A stretch of DNA of 64,000 bases from Marinicella sp. (GTDB taxonomy: Bacteria; Pseudomonadota; Gammaproteobacteria; Xanthomonadales; Marinicellaceae). The stretch covers positions 3,552,001-3,616,000 of the forward strand of contig OZ246001.1 of assembly GCA_965230295.1 (NCBI GenBank), given 5' to 3'. The translations under genes were made by a program, and so were the position numbers. Of this stretch, positions 32,427 to 42,012 are shown piece by piece; the first letter of the stretch is position 1, and the number at the start of each line of letters is the position of its first letter. Under the pieces are notes generated by a model, which saw only the letters and a program-made list of their open reading frames with translations, did not search any database and was not told where the DNA came from.

Positions 32427-33505
32427 TCAAAAAGTTTTTTAAATGGTTTTCACTGTTTTTATTGATCCTTTCAGTGGGTGGCTTGGTGAGTGGATGTTGG
32501 CGCTCAGCTAAATACCCCATTGTCAATAGACAGGCAGCACATCATGGTGAAGATGAATTCATCAGCCTGGCTCAACCGGCTGCAACACCTTTCCTTAATT
32601 ACCTGCGGATGAGGCTCAAAGAAGGCATGATTGGTTCGGCTACAGACGCAGAAATTGCCAGTGTCCAAATGCCAGTTGACCTTGATTCAATCTACGCAAC
32701 AGAATCACAACCAAAAATTACCTGGATAGGGCATGCCACTGCCCTGGTTCAGTATCAAGGTTTTAGTTTCTTAACAGACCCTCATTTGAGCGACCAAGCC
32801 TCGCCATTACCGGCATTGGGTGCTGGTCCAAAGCGTGTGGTGCCACCCGCCTTGCGTGTTGATCAATTACCCAAGATTGATTTCGTGGTCATCTCTCACA
32901 ACCACTATGACCATTTAGATGATTTCACCGTGAAAGCAATTGGAAATCAAACCCACTGGTATGTGCCATTGGGACTGAAAGCCTGGATGCTGAAAAGAAA
33001 TATTGACGAGGACAATGTGACTGAACTGGATTGGTGGGAAACTGACCAATTCAATGATCAGGTGAGTGTGATTGCCACACCATCGCAACATTGGTCAAAG
33101 CGCACACCATTTGATACCAATAAAACTTTGTGGGCCAGTTGGCACATCGACATCAACGGGTTTAAAACATGGTTTGCAGGAGACACGGGATACCACCAAA
33201 ATCGTTTTAAAAAAATAGGCAATCAATTGGGTCCGTATGACTTGGCTCTGATTCCAATCGGTGCTTATGGGCCGAGGTATTTTATGTTGCCACAGCATGT
33301 GGATCCTGAGCAAGCAGTACAAACCCACATAGATGTTAAGTCTGAATACTCCATCGGCATCCATTGGGGAACTTTTGAGCTCACCCATGAATCGTTTTTA
33401 GAACCACAGCAATTGTTGATTAAAGAGATGCAGAAGAGATCATTGTCCCATCCATTTATAACCTTGAAAATTGGCGAAACGCAAAGGCTTCAAATATTGA
33501 ATTGA
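32423..33505 (+). CDS. MBL-fold metallo-hydrolase (NAPE-PLD-like)
   Basis: TWIGHAT, LTDP, ISHNHYDHLD, ELDWW, QHWSKR, FAGDTGY, PIGAY, IHWGTF. Confidence 0.9.
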   Translation: MIKKFFKWFSLFLLILSVGGLVSGCWRSAKYPIVNRQAAHHGEDEFISLAQPAATPFLNYLRMRLKEGMIGSATDAEIASVQMPVDLDSIYATESQPKITWIGHATALVQYQGFSFLTDPHLSDQASPLPALGAGPKRVVPPALRVDQLPKIDFVVISHNHYDHLDDFTVKAIGNQTHWYVPLGLKAWMLKRNIDEDNVTELDWWETDQFNDQVSVIATPSQHWSKRTPFDTNKTLWASWHIDINGFKTWFAGDTGYHQNRFKKIGNQLGPYDLALIPIGAYGPRYFMLPQHVDPEQAVQTHIDVKSEYSIGIHWGTFELTHESFLEPQQLLIKEMQKRSLSHPFITLKIGETQRLQILN

Positions 33506-33523
33506 TGATGTGGGTGGATTGAC

Positions 33524-33796
33524 TCAGCCTCCCCTGAGTTTTTTGTCGTAAGTTTTGTTGGACTTACTCAGGTCTTCGTCAGTGGGTAAAGGTTGGCCTG
33601 TATAAGCATGAAGGAAGGCTTCGCACAGTAATTCACTGTTGGTGGCATGTTTGAGGTTTGAAACTTGTCTTCTGGTGCGTTCATCGGTCAAGATTTTTAA
33701 AACATCAAATGGTATGGATACTGTGATTTTCTTAATTTTTTCACTCTTTTTTCCATGTTTCACATAAGGGTTGATGTATTTGCCATTCCAAGCCAT
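33524..33796 (-). CDS. metJ: Met repressor
   Basis: [51 protein letters not shown]. Confidence 0.97.
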   Translation of the reverse strand: MAWNGKYINPYVKHGKKSEKIKKITVSIPFDVLKILTDERTRRQVSNLKHATNSELLCEAFLHAYTGQPLPTDEDLSKSNKTYDKKLRGG

Positions 33797-33798
33797 AT

Positions 33799-33814
33799 AA
33801 ACGTCTAGATAGAT
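33799..33814. promoter_or_regulatory. Met box(es) directly upstream of the metJ start (autoregulation)
   Basis: AAACGTCT (7/8 match) followed in register by degenerate AGATAGAT. Confidence 0.55.
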
Positions 33815-33854
33815 AAAGCATTTATTTTAGCATGAAAGCCCTTGAAATCAATGG

Positions 33855-34130
33855 TCACTTCTTTTGATAGGACAAGAAAAACCCTTCTAAATCACCATTT
33901 TCTGTATACACATTGATTGCAATCAATTCATAGCCATAGACCGCAAATTCTTGATGAATTTTAGTCATTTTTTTGGCCGCCAGATTTTTTCTGGTCAACT
34001 TGTTGATGTCCATAAAAACGGTCACTGCAGACAATGATTTTTCAGCAGCTTCTTGGGCGTCAGTTTTGGCAGAAACGGGATTCATCACTATCAAGAGCAT
34101 AAGAAAAATAAGAACTTTGGACCCAATCAT
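33855..34130 (-). CDS. Small secreted hypothetical protein
   Basis: AGGAG RBS before ATG 34130; signal peptide ..NPVSA; C-terminal YTENGDLEGFFLSY. Confidence 0.75.
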   Translation of the reverse strand: MIGSKVLIFLMLLIVMNPVSAKTDAQEAAEKSLSAVTVFMDINKLTRKNLAAKKMTKIHQEFAVYGYELIAINVYTENGDLEGFFLSYQKK

Positions 34131-34220
34131 AAAGTCTCCTGGTTTAATTTTGAATACAGCCATTGTATTTACTTCATGGGGTTGAATACAATAGTGCGGT
34201 TTAATTAATCTGGATATAGA

Positions 34221-35225
34221 ATGAGTACGGTATTAACAGGAATTACCACCACTGGCACACCCCATTTAGGCAACTATGTTGGTGCCATCAAGCCAGCCAT
34301 CAAGAGAAGTCGGGATGAAGCCATGAAAAGTTATTTTTTTCTGGCAGATCACCACGCCATGATCAAATGCTGGGAACCAGAACGGATTGCTCAATCTACC
34401 AAGGAGATTGCTGCCACTTGGTTGGCTTTGGGACTGGACACAGATAAAACATTTTTTTACCGTCAATCTGATATTCCAGAGATACCCGAACTGACCTGGC
34501 TGTTGACATGTATGACTGCCAAAGGTCTGATGAACCGTTCACATGCATACAAGGCACAAGTTGCGGAAAACACAGAGAAAGGGGAGGACGATCCTGACAA
34601 GGGCATTACTATGGGGCTGTTCAGTTATCCAGTGTTGATGTCTGCTGACATTTTGATGTTCAACGCCACAGAAGTACCTGTGGGTAAAGACCAAACCCAA
34701 CACTTGGAAATGGCCAGGGACATTGGGGCCAGGTTCAATCACCATTTTGGTGATCATTTTGTCATGCCAAAAACGGTGGTGGATGACAACGTGGCCGTGT
34801 TGCCCGGCTTGGATGGTCGTAAGATGAGTAAATCGTACAACAACACCATTCCTTTGTGGTTGCCTGAGAAGAAACTGAGAAAGCACATCATGAAAATCAA
34901 AACCAACTCATTAGAGCCAGGTGAACCCAAAGATCCCAATGATTCATTTGTGTTTGACATCTACAAGGCCTTCGCAAATGAACAGCAGCTTAACGAAATG
35001 AAACAAGAATTTGAGAACGGCATCGCATGGGGCGCAGCCAAGCAGGTGCTTTTTGAGATGATCAACACAGAATTACAAGATGCTCGAGAAAAATACAATG
35101 AGCTGATGAACAACCCAGATATAATAGAAAGTGAATTACAAAAAGGAGCGGTCAAAGCCCGAGCCTATGCCACACCATTTTTGGCAAAACTAAAGGAGGC
35201 AGTGGGCATCAGACCGATCAAGTAA
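34221..35225 (+). CDS. trpS: Tryptophanyl-tRNA synthetase
   Basis: HLGNY (HIGH), [24 protein letters not shown]. Confidence 0.97.
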   Translation: MSTVLTGITTTGTPHLGNYVGAIKPAIKRSRDEAMKSYFFLADHHAMIKCWEPERIAQSTKEIAATWLALGLDTDKTFFYRQSDIPEIPELTWLLTCMTAKGLMNRSHAYKAQVAENTEKGEDDPDKGITMGLFSYPVLMSADILMFNATEVPVGKDQTQHLEMARDIGARFNHHFGDHFVMPKTVVDDNVAVLPGLDGRKMSKSYNNTIPLWLPEKKLRKHIMKIKTNSLEPGEPKDPNDSFVFDIYKAFANEQQLNEMKQEFENGIAWGAAKQVLFEMINTELQDAREKYNELMNNPDIIESELQKGAVKARAYATPFLAKLKEAVGIRPIK

Positions 35226-35246
35226 ACTCAACAACGTGTGAGGTGA

Positions 35247-36227
35247 ATGATGGTTGATTTTAAATTTGGGCAGGTGATGTCCACCTTGTGGAAAACCAAG
35301 GAGTTTGTTTTGTTTCGGTTCTTGATATATATGGGAATTACCCTGGCTTATATCATTGGTACCGGAACCGGTGGTGGCATAGGTTATCTCATTGGCAGTG
35401 TCGGTGATGGTAAAGAAGGTGGCTTGTTCTATGGCATGGTAGGTGGATTTACTCTGGTCAGTGGCGTGCTATATTACGTCAGGGAGTATTTACTTTATCT
35501 GGTGAAAGCAGGGCACATCGCGGTGATCGTAAAACACCTGGATGGTGAGCCGATGCCAGAAGGGAAAGGCCAGGTCAAATATGCCCAGGAAGTGGTTAAA
35601 GAGCGCTTCAAGGAATCATCGGTGCTGTTTGGGGTTGATCAATTGATCAAAGGTGTACTGAAAACTTTCAACCGCATATTTTCCGGTGTGATGTCATTCA
35701 TTCCAGTATTACCACAAGGTATCGTGAACTTTGTCAATGCCGTGATTAATATGTCGTTGACATATGTTGATGAAGTCATATTGGCCTATTACATCAGAAA
35801 CAATTCAGAAAACCCGTGGGAAGATTCACGAAAAGCACTGGTGTTGTACGCGCAGAACTACAAAACGTTTTTGAAAAATGCATTGTTTTTGACCATCATC
35901 ACATGGGTGTTGTCCTTATTGGTGCTGATTATGGTGTTCGCACCGCTGGCCGGTCTTTTGGGGTTGATCGGTTATGATGGCAATGTGTGGGTGTTGGTAC
36001 TGGCTATCGTGACAGCGTGGGGTATCAAAGCAGCACTGATAGATCCGATTGCCATGACTGCTTTGATGCAGGTGTTTTTTAAAGTGACTGAAGGCCAGGA
36101 ACCCAATCCGGAATGGGAGGCCAAATTGGAACGTGGATCGAAAAAGTTCGTTGCGTTAAAAGACAAAGCTTTGGGATGGGCCAAGTCCAAGATGGGTGGC
36201 AATAAGTCACCTCAAATCGATCAATAA
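35247..36227 (+). CDS. Conserved hypothetical membrane protein
   Basis: Long ORF with several TM segments; YLLYLVKAGHIAV, YVDEVILAY, PW..LVLYAQN. Confidence 0.85.
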   Translation: MMVDFKFGQVMSTLWKTKEFVLFRFLIYMGITLAYIIGTGTGGGIGYLIGSVGDGKEGGLFYGMVGGFTLVSGVLYYVREYLLYLVKAGHIAVIVKHLDGEPMPEGKGQVKYAQEVVKERFKESSVLFGVDQLIKGVLKTFNRIFSGVMSFIPVLPQGIVNFVNAVINMSLTYVDEVILAYYIRNNSENPWEDSRKALVLYAQNYKTFLKNALFLTIITWVLSLLVLIMVFAPLAGLLGLIGYDGNVWVLVLAIVTAWGIKAALIDPIAMTALMQVFFKVTEGQEPNPEWEAKLERGSKKFVALKDKALGWAKSKMGGNKSPQIDQ

Positions 36228-36230
36228 TAA

Positions 36231-36581
36231 TTGGAACCGCGCTTGCAAAAACACAAGCGCGGTATAGATATTTTGCAAGCATTTACCCTGAAAATCATAC
36301 AAGTGATAGACCAAATACCACATGGCAAGGTGGCAACATATGGTCAAGTGGCAGCCATGGCGGGGAACCACCGTGCAGCCAGACAAGTTTCCAGGGTCTT
36401 ACACACATGTAGCAGCAAATATCAATTACCCTGGCATCGTGTCATTGGTGCTGCAGGTAAAATTTCCATCCCCAAAGATCACCCGGGATATTTCAGACAA
36501 AAGAAAAAACTCGAATCAGAAGGCATAGAATTTGGTCTGGGTGATACAATAGACCTCTCTCAATTTCAATGGCAAGGCTAA
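36231..36581 (+). CDS. Alkyltransferase-like protein (ATL, YbaZ/MGMT family)
   Basis: IPHGKVATYGQVA, ARQV, LPWHRV (Trp in place of the catalytic Cys). Start uncertain. Confidence 0.88.
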   Translation: MEPRLQKHKRGIDILQAFTLKIIQVIDQIPHGKVATYGQVAAMAGNHRAARQVSRVLHTCSSKYQLPWHRVIGAAGKISIPKDHPGYFRQKKKLESEGIEFGLGDTIDLSQFQWQG

Positions 36582-36600
36582 GCCGTCACAATAAATCTCA

Positions 36601-37905
36601 ATGATCAAAACGTCTGAATTCATCAAACGTCGCAAACAACTCATGAAAATAGCCGGTCAAAACTCGATTACATTGTTGAGTAGTCGACCAGAACTCATTC
36701 GCAACGGTGATGTATACCATGGTTATCGACAGGACAGTGATTTTTATTATTTATCTGGATTCAATGAACCGGACGCTGTTTTGGTGTTGCTGCCCAGTCG
36801 AAAAGGCATGGAACAAATTTTATTCTGTCGGGAAGCAGATCCCCAAAAAATTAAATGGGATGGACCCATGACAGGAACTCAAGGAGCCGTGGATGATTAT
36901 GGCTTTGATGCAGCTTATGACATCAAAGAAATAGATCGTCGCATGCCTGCATTGATTGAAGGTTGTGAAAAAGTTTGTTTTAAAATCGGTGAGAACAATG
37001 AATTTGATCAAAAATTAACCCATTGGGTTAAATCGATTGAAACACGAAAAGGGCAAAAATCAAAAGCACCTGAAGAGTTCATGTCGATCAGCCATGTGAT
37101 ACATGACATGCGATTATATAAGAGTCATGCTGAAATCAGGTGTATGAAAAAATCAGCAGAAATTGCTGCTGCAGCCCATGTTCGAATGATGCAAGCCTGC
37201 CAACCTGGAAAATATGAGTACGACTTACAAGCAGAATACGCACACCACTTAATTCAGAATCAATCTCACAGCAGCTATCCACCCATCATTGGTGCTGGCG
37301 AGAATGGCAACATTTTGCATTACATAAAAAATGATCAGCTACTGAATGATGGTGAATTGGTGTTGATCGATGCGGGTGCAGAATATGATTTTTATGCGTC
37401 AGACATCAGCCGGACTTTTCCAGTAAACGGGCGTTTTTCTGCTAGGCAGAAGGATCTTTACGAAGTGGTTCTGCAAGCCCAAACAGAAGCCATAGGTGCG
37501 GTGAAAGTAGGGCAACACTGGAATGATTTTCATGATGTGGCTGTTAAGATCATCAGCCAGGGTTTGTTGGACCTTAAAATCATTAAAGGCACTTTGGATG
37601 AAGTGTTGGAAGAAAAAATCTATTCTAATTATTACATGCATATGACCGGTCATTGGCTAGGCTTGGATGTGCATGATTGCGGTGATTATCGAGTGGACGA
37701 TTTATGGGTTGAGTTGGAAGAAAACATGGTTTTGACCATCGAACCAGGACTCTACATCAGTGAACATTCAAATGCACCTAAAAAGTGGCGTGGTATAGGC
37801 ATTCGGATTGAAGACGACATTCAAGTCACCAAAAAAGGGCCGGTGGTGTTGAGTAAAAACGCACCCAAAGGCATCAAAGAAATTGAACAACTGATGAGAG
37901 GATAA
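36601..37905 (+). CDS. pepP: Xaa-Pro aminopeptidase
   Basis: RQDSDFYYL, ILHY, DAGAE..YASDISRTFP, GHWLGLDVHD, TIEPGLY, GIRIEDD. Confidence 0.96.
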   Translation: MIKTSEFIKRRKQLMKIAGQNSITLLSSRPELIRNGDVYHGYRQDSDFYYLSGFNEPDAVLVLLPSRKGMEQILFCREADPQKIKWDGPMTGTQGAVDDYGFDAAYDIKEIDRRMPALIEGCEKVCFKIGENNEFDQKLTHWVKSIETRKGQKSKAPEEFMSISHVIHDMRLYKSHAEIRCMKKSAEIAAAAHVRMMQACQPGKYEYDLQAEYAHHLIQNQSHSSYPPIIGAGENGNILHYIKNDQLLNDGELVLIDAGAEYDFYASDISRTFPVNGRFSARQKDLYEVVLQAQTEAIGAVKVGQHWNDFHDVAVKIISQGLLDLKIIKGTLDEVLEEKIYSNYYMHMTGHWLGLDVHDCGDYRVDDLWVELEENMVLTIEPGLYISEHSNAPKKWRGIGIRIEDDIQVTKKGPVVLSKNAPKGIKEIEQLMRG

Positions 37906-37906
37906 T

Positions 37907-39163
37907 ATGAAATATACTGTTGTTTTTTTACTGTTAATAACAACTTTGGCAGAAGCCAAAAACATTCACTGCGGGAACTTATTCGACGCTGTATCTGGGC
38001 ATATGCTTAAGAATCAAGTGGTTTCCATGGAAGGCAATCGCTTTGTTGCCGTAGAGGCTTTTGACAATCAATCGATTGACATCGACTACAGCAACCAATA
38101 TTGCTTGCCCGGCTTGATGGATATGCACACGCATTTGACTTTTGAGCACAGTGCCACACGATACATTGAGAAATACCAACTGAATGAAGCTGATGTGACT
38201 CTGAACGCTGTTGTGTTTGCCCAACGAACATTGGATGCAGGCTTTACCACCGTCAGAGATGTGGGCGATGCATTCAATGTGTCTGTGGCTTTAAAAAAAG
38301 CCATCGCTCAAGGCAAAGTTCCTGGCCCAAGAATTTTTACGGCAGCCAAATCTCTGGCCACAACTGGCGGTCATGCTGATCCCAGCAATGGTTATCGTGA
38401 TGGCTTGTTTCCACATACCACACCAGATCATGGTGTAGTCAATGGTGCTGCAGATGCCATGCGAGCGGTGAGACAACGTTATCAAGATGGTGCAGATTTA
38501 ATCAAAATCACTGCCACTGGCGGTGTGTTGAGCCAAGCTTCCAGCGGTGACAATGCCCAGTTCAATGATGAAGAATTGACTGCATTGGTTGCAACGGCTC
38601 AAGATTATGGTTTTAAAGTGGCTGCTCATGCGCATGGTAAAGCAGGTATGAAAAGGGCGATTGAGGCCGGTGTGGCAAGTATTGAACATGGCACTTATCT
38701 TGATGATGAAATCATTGAATTAATGAAAAAACATGGCACATTTTTAGTCCCCACTTTAATTGCTGGAGATTGGGTGACTGAAAAGTCAAAAATTGATGGT
38801 TTTTTCCCAGATGTGATAGCAAAAAAAGCGGCAACCATTGGCCCAGTCATTGCTGGCTCTTATAACCGTGCTTTGAAAGCTGGGGTGAAGATAGCATTAG
38901 GAACTGACAGCGGTGTTTCAGAACACGGCAGAAATGGTGAAGAGTTTGCACTGATGGTGAAACATGGAATGACGCCAGCTCAAGCATTGCAAGCAGGGAC
39001 CATCCATGCGGCTGAACTATTGGGACAATCATCACAGTTGGGACAGGTGAAACCAGGTTATTATGCTGATATGGTGGTGGTTGATATTAACCCATTGGAG
39101 GACATCAACATCATGACTGCAGTGAAAGTGGTCATCAAAGATGGTAGGATTGTTAAGCACTGA
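37907..39163 (+). CDS. Secreted amidohydrolase (prolidase-like)
   Basis: Signal peptide, PGLMDMHTH, GFTTVRD, IKITATGGV, AAHAHG, SIEHG, GTDSG. Confidence 0.9.
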   Translation: MKYTVVFLLLITTLAEAKNIHCGNLFDAVSGHMLKNQVVSMEGNRFVAVEAFDNQSIDIDYSNQYCLPGLMDMHTHLTFEHSATRYIEKYQLNEADVTLNAVVFAQRTLDAGFTTVRDVGDAFNVSVALKKAIAQGKVPGPRIFTAAKSLATTGGHADPSNGYRDGLFPHTTPDHGVVNGAADAMRAVRQRYQDGADLIKITATGGVLSQASSGDNAQFNDEELTALVATAQDYGFKVAAHAHGKAGMKRAIEAGVASIEHGTYLDDEIIELMKKHGTFLVPTLIAGDWVTEKSKIDGFFPDVIAKKAATIGPVIAGSYNRALKAGVKIALGTDSGVSEHGRNGEEFALMVKHGMTPAQALQAGTIHAAELLGQSSQLGQVKPGYYADMVVVDINPLEDINIMTAVKVVIKDGRIVKH

Positions 39164-39204
39164 TTATTCACCCACAATCATTTGACCGATAAAAAGAGAC
39201 AGTC

Positions 39205-40533
39205 ATGAATATAAAAAACATCATTTTCATCATCACTGCATTGATCTGGCTGCCTGTACAAGCTTGTCAAACACCAGCGAGATCTGCCATCATTGGTAAA
39301 AAATACCCCGATGTGGATTTCGCTAAAATGATGCATCAGGCTCACAACCAACCCTACAAAGGCTATGAATTTAAAAGCAACCAACCTTGCACAGGTGGTA
39401 TGGCTGATATATTTTCATGTAACAATATCGATTTAAAGGGGCATCTGGATTTGGCGACTTTAGGTGGTGGCCAAGGTTCTGATTCATGGGGTTGGAAACA
39501 TGAACCCAGTAATCGATACTTTGCATTGGTGGGTAGGTCAACAGGAACCTCATTTGTCGAAATTACCGATCCTGGTAATCCGGTCTTTTTAGGTATTTTG
39601 CCCAGTGAGTTCGAAAGCAGTACTTGGAGAGACATCAAAACTTATCAAGATCATGCCTTCATTGTGGCTGATAACATTGGTGACCACGGTATGCAGGTTT
39701 TTGATCTGACTAAATTGTTAACTGTTTCCAATAAACCTGCCACTTTTACTGCAGACCATGTCTATCGAGGTGGTTCATTCCAGGAGGCCCATAACATCAT
39801 CATCAACCCCGAAAGTGGTTATGCTTATTTGGTTGGTGGCAACACTTGTAGTGGAGGTTTGCACATGGTCAACATCAGTTCACCGTTGTCACCTTCTTAT
39901 GCGGGTTGTTTTGCTAATGACGGATACACCCACGATGCCCAGTGCTTAAACTATGATGGTCCTGATCCTGACTACCAAGGCAGAGAGCTGTGTTTTGCCA
40001 GTAATGAAGATACGGTGACAGTGATTGACGTGACCGTAAAGAACAACCCCACTCAAATTGCCCGAACAGGATATACTGGCAGTCAGTACACTCATCAGGG
40101 CTGGTTAAGCAAAGACCAACGATTCTTTTTGATCGACGATGAACTGGATGAACAGTTTAATGGCGTGAACACCCGAACCATGGTCATGGACTATAAAGAC
40201 ATCGACCAACCCGTGTATAAAGGGTACCATGAGTCTGATGGCTCATCTATAGATCACAACCAATACATCATTGAAGACCACACATATCAAGCCAACTATT
40301 CAAGGGGGTTGCGGATTCTGGAACTGGGAAATTTGAAGCAACCGGAAATGAAAGAAGTGGCCTATTTTGATACCTATCCTGAAGGCGACGGAACCGGCTT
40401 TCCAGGTGCATGGAATGTCTATCCGTTCTTTGATAATGGCATAGTGATCGTTTCTGACATCAACAGAGGGGTGTTTATCCTTGAGCCTAATTTACCAGAA
40501 GTTGATTTGATTTATTACGATGGAGTAGATTAA
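39205..40533 (+). CDS. Choice-of-anchor B family secreted protein
   Basis: SDSWGW, WRDIKTY, HGMQVFDL, AHNI, YTHDAQC, YTHQGW, DDELDE, DHNQY, GAWNVYPFF; ends in DLIYYDGVD. Confidence 0.88.
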   Translation: MNIKNIIFIITALIWLPVQACQTPARSAIIGKKYPDVDFAKMMHQAHNQPYKGYEFKSNQPCTGGMADIFSCNNIDLKGHLDLATLGGGQGSDSWGWKHEPSNRYFALVGRSTGTSFVEITDPGNPVFLGILPSEFESSTWRDIKTYQDHAFIVADNIGDHGMQVFDLTKLLTVSNKPATFTADHVYRGGSFQEAHNIIINPESGYAYLVGGNTCSGGLHMVNISSPLSPSYAGCFANDGYTHDAQCLNYDGPDPDYQGRELCFASNEDTVTVIDVTVKNNPTQIARTGYTGSQYTHQGWLSKDQRFFLIDDELDEQFNGVNTRTMVMDYKDIDQPVYKGYHESDGSSIDHNQYIIEDHTYQANYSRGLRILELGNLKQPEMKEVAYFDTYPEGDGTGFPGAWNVYPFFDNGIVIVSDINRGVFILEPNLPEVDLIYYDGVD

Positions 40534-40559
40534 AAGTTTTTTGAAATCAGAACCAGTCC

Positions 40560-42005
40560 CTAAGTTCCACAAAACGTTTGGTAGTTTAAATCACCATCTG
40601 CCGCAGCATCCTGATATCTATGCGTGCTGTCCAGTACCTCATAAGGAGATCTCAAGACAGTCATAAAATCGTTCACAGCGTCTGGAGTTAAACGGCTTTC
40701 AGTTTCCGACAACACACGTTCAACATGGTGGTTGCGTGGTATCACTACAGGATTATTATTTCGCATTAAATCGAATGCTTCTTGATCAGTGATGGCATGA
40801 TCATTCAAATGTTTAGACCATTGTTCCATCCATGACTGATGGGGCACCAAATTTGATTTGGTTTTTTGAATAGACCTGAATTCAGTAAGTTCATAGAATG
40901 TTTGGGTGTAATCCAATTGATGTTTTTGCATCAAGTCCAACAAGGCCTTTATCAATGACTCTGGTGGTGTTAGATCTGGACGGATGCCAATCTTAGCTGC
41001 CATCATGCGATTAAATGCAGCCATGTATTGATCGCCAAACCCCTCTAACAAGGGCATGACTTTATTGACCGCCAGTTTTTCATCTGCGTCAATTAGCGGT
41101 AACAAACATTCGGCAAATCTCGCCAGGTTCCACTGTGTGATCCATGGCTGGTTACCAAAAGCATAACGACCCTGGTGATCTATTGAGCTGTATACTGTGT
41201 GTGTATCATAAATACCGAGCATGGCACAAGGACCGTAATCTATGGTTTCTCCAGACAGCAGGCTGTTGTCGGTATTCATGACGCCATGTATAAACCCAAC
41301 ACGCATCCACTCAACCACTAAATTAATTTGTTTTTCAATGACATTCGCCAGTAAATTGAAGTATTTTGTCTCATCATCTATATCGGTGGCAGGGAAATGT
41401 CTTTCTATGGCAAAATCTGCCAAACGTTTGACCTCTGTAGGCATGTTCCGGGCTGCGAAATGTTCAAAAGTACCAATGCGTAAGTGCGACTGAGCAACAC
41501 GAGTCACCACAGCGCCAGTGGTTTGGGTTTGTCGAGCCAGAGGTTCGCCTGTAGTCACCACTGCCAGGGTTCGGGTGGTTGGAACCTGTAGGGCAAACAT
41601 CGCTTCAGACATGATGTATTCTCTGACGGCTGGTTGGATGCCACATTTTCCATCGCCATTTCTGGAGAAGGGTGTTCTGCCAGAACCCTTGAGATGTAAT
41701 TCCTTAACCTGACCACTCCTGTCGATGAGTTCTCCCAACAAATGAGCCCTGCCGTCTCCTAACTGAGGATTGAATTGCCCGAATTGATGGCCAGAATAGG
41801 CCATTGCAACAGGGAGTGAACCATGAATGATTTGTTGGCCGGAAAAATAGTTGGCTTTGTGGTTTTCACCGACATCAATTCCAAGGTCATTGGCCAGTGA
41901 GTTGTTCCACAATAAAATTTGTGCATTGGGTACTTTCTCAGGTACAGCCGGTTGACTGAATTGTTTCCCCAGGTCGGCATACTGATGTGTGAGGCTAAAA
42001 GTCAT
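40560..42005 (-). CDS. selO: Protein adenylyltransferase SelO (YdiU)
   Basis: YSGHQFG, LGDGRA, KGSGRTPFSR.GDG, VGFIHGVMNTDN, IDYGP, C-terminal TFCGT. Confidence 0.95.
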   Translation of the reverse strand: MTFSLTHQYADLGKQFSQPAVPEKVPNAQILLWNNSLANDLGIDVGENHKANYFSGQQIIHGSLPVAMAYSGHQFGQFNPQLGDGRAHLLGELIDRSGQVKELHLKGSGRTPFSRNGDGKCGIQPAVREYIMSEAMFALQVPTTRTLAVVTTGEPLARQTQTTGAVVTRVAQSHLRIGTFEHFAARNMPTEVKRLADFAIERHFPATDIDDETKYFNLLANVIEKQINLVVEWMRVGFIHGVMNTDNSLLSGETIDYGPCAMLGIYDTHTVYSSIDHQGRYAFGNQPWITQWNLARFAECLLPLIDADEKLAVNKVMPLLEGFGDQYMAAFNRMMAAKIGIRPDLTPPESLIKALLDLMQKHQLDYTQTFYELTEFRSIQKTKSNLVPHQSWMEQWSKHLNDHAITDQEAFDLMRNNNPVVIPRNHHVERVLSETESRLTPDAVNDFMTVLRSPYEVLDSTHRYQDAAADGDLNYQTFCGT

Positions 42006-42012
42006 GGATGGT

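Noticed and set aside
31299-33505. ADP-ribosylglycohydrolase plus MBL hydrolase as a defence or toxin-antitoxin pair
   Set aside because: No ADP-ribosyltransferase or mobile context nearby; the MBL protein looks exported and NAPE-PLD-like.
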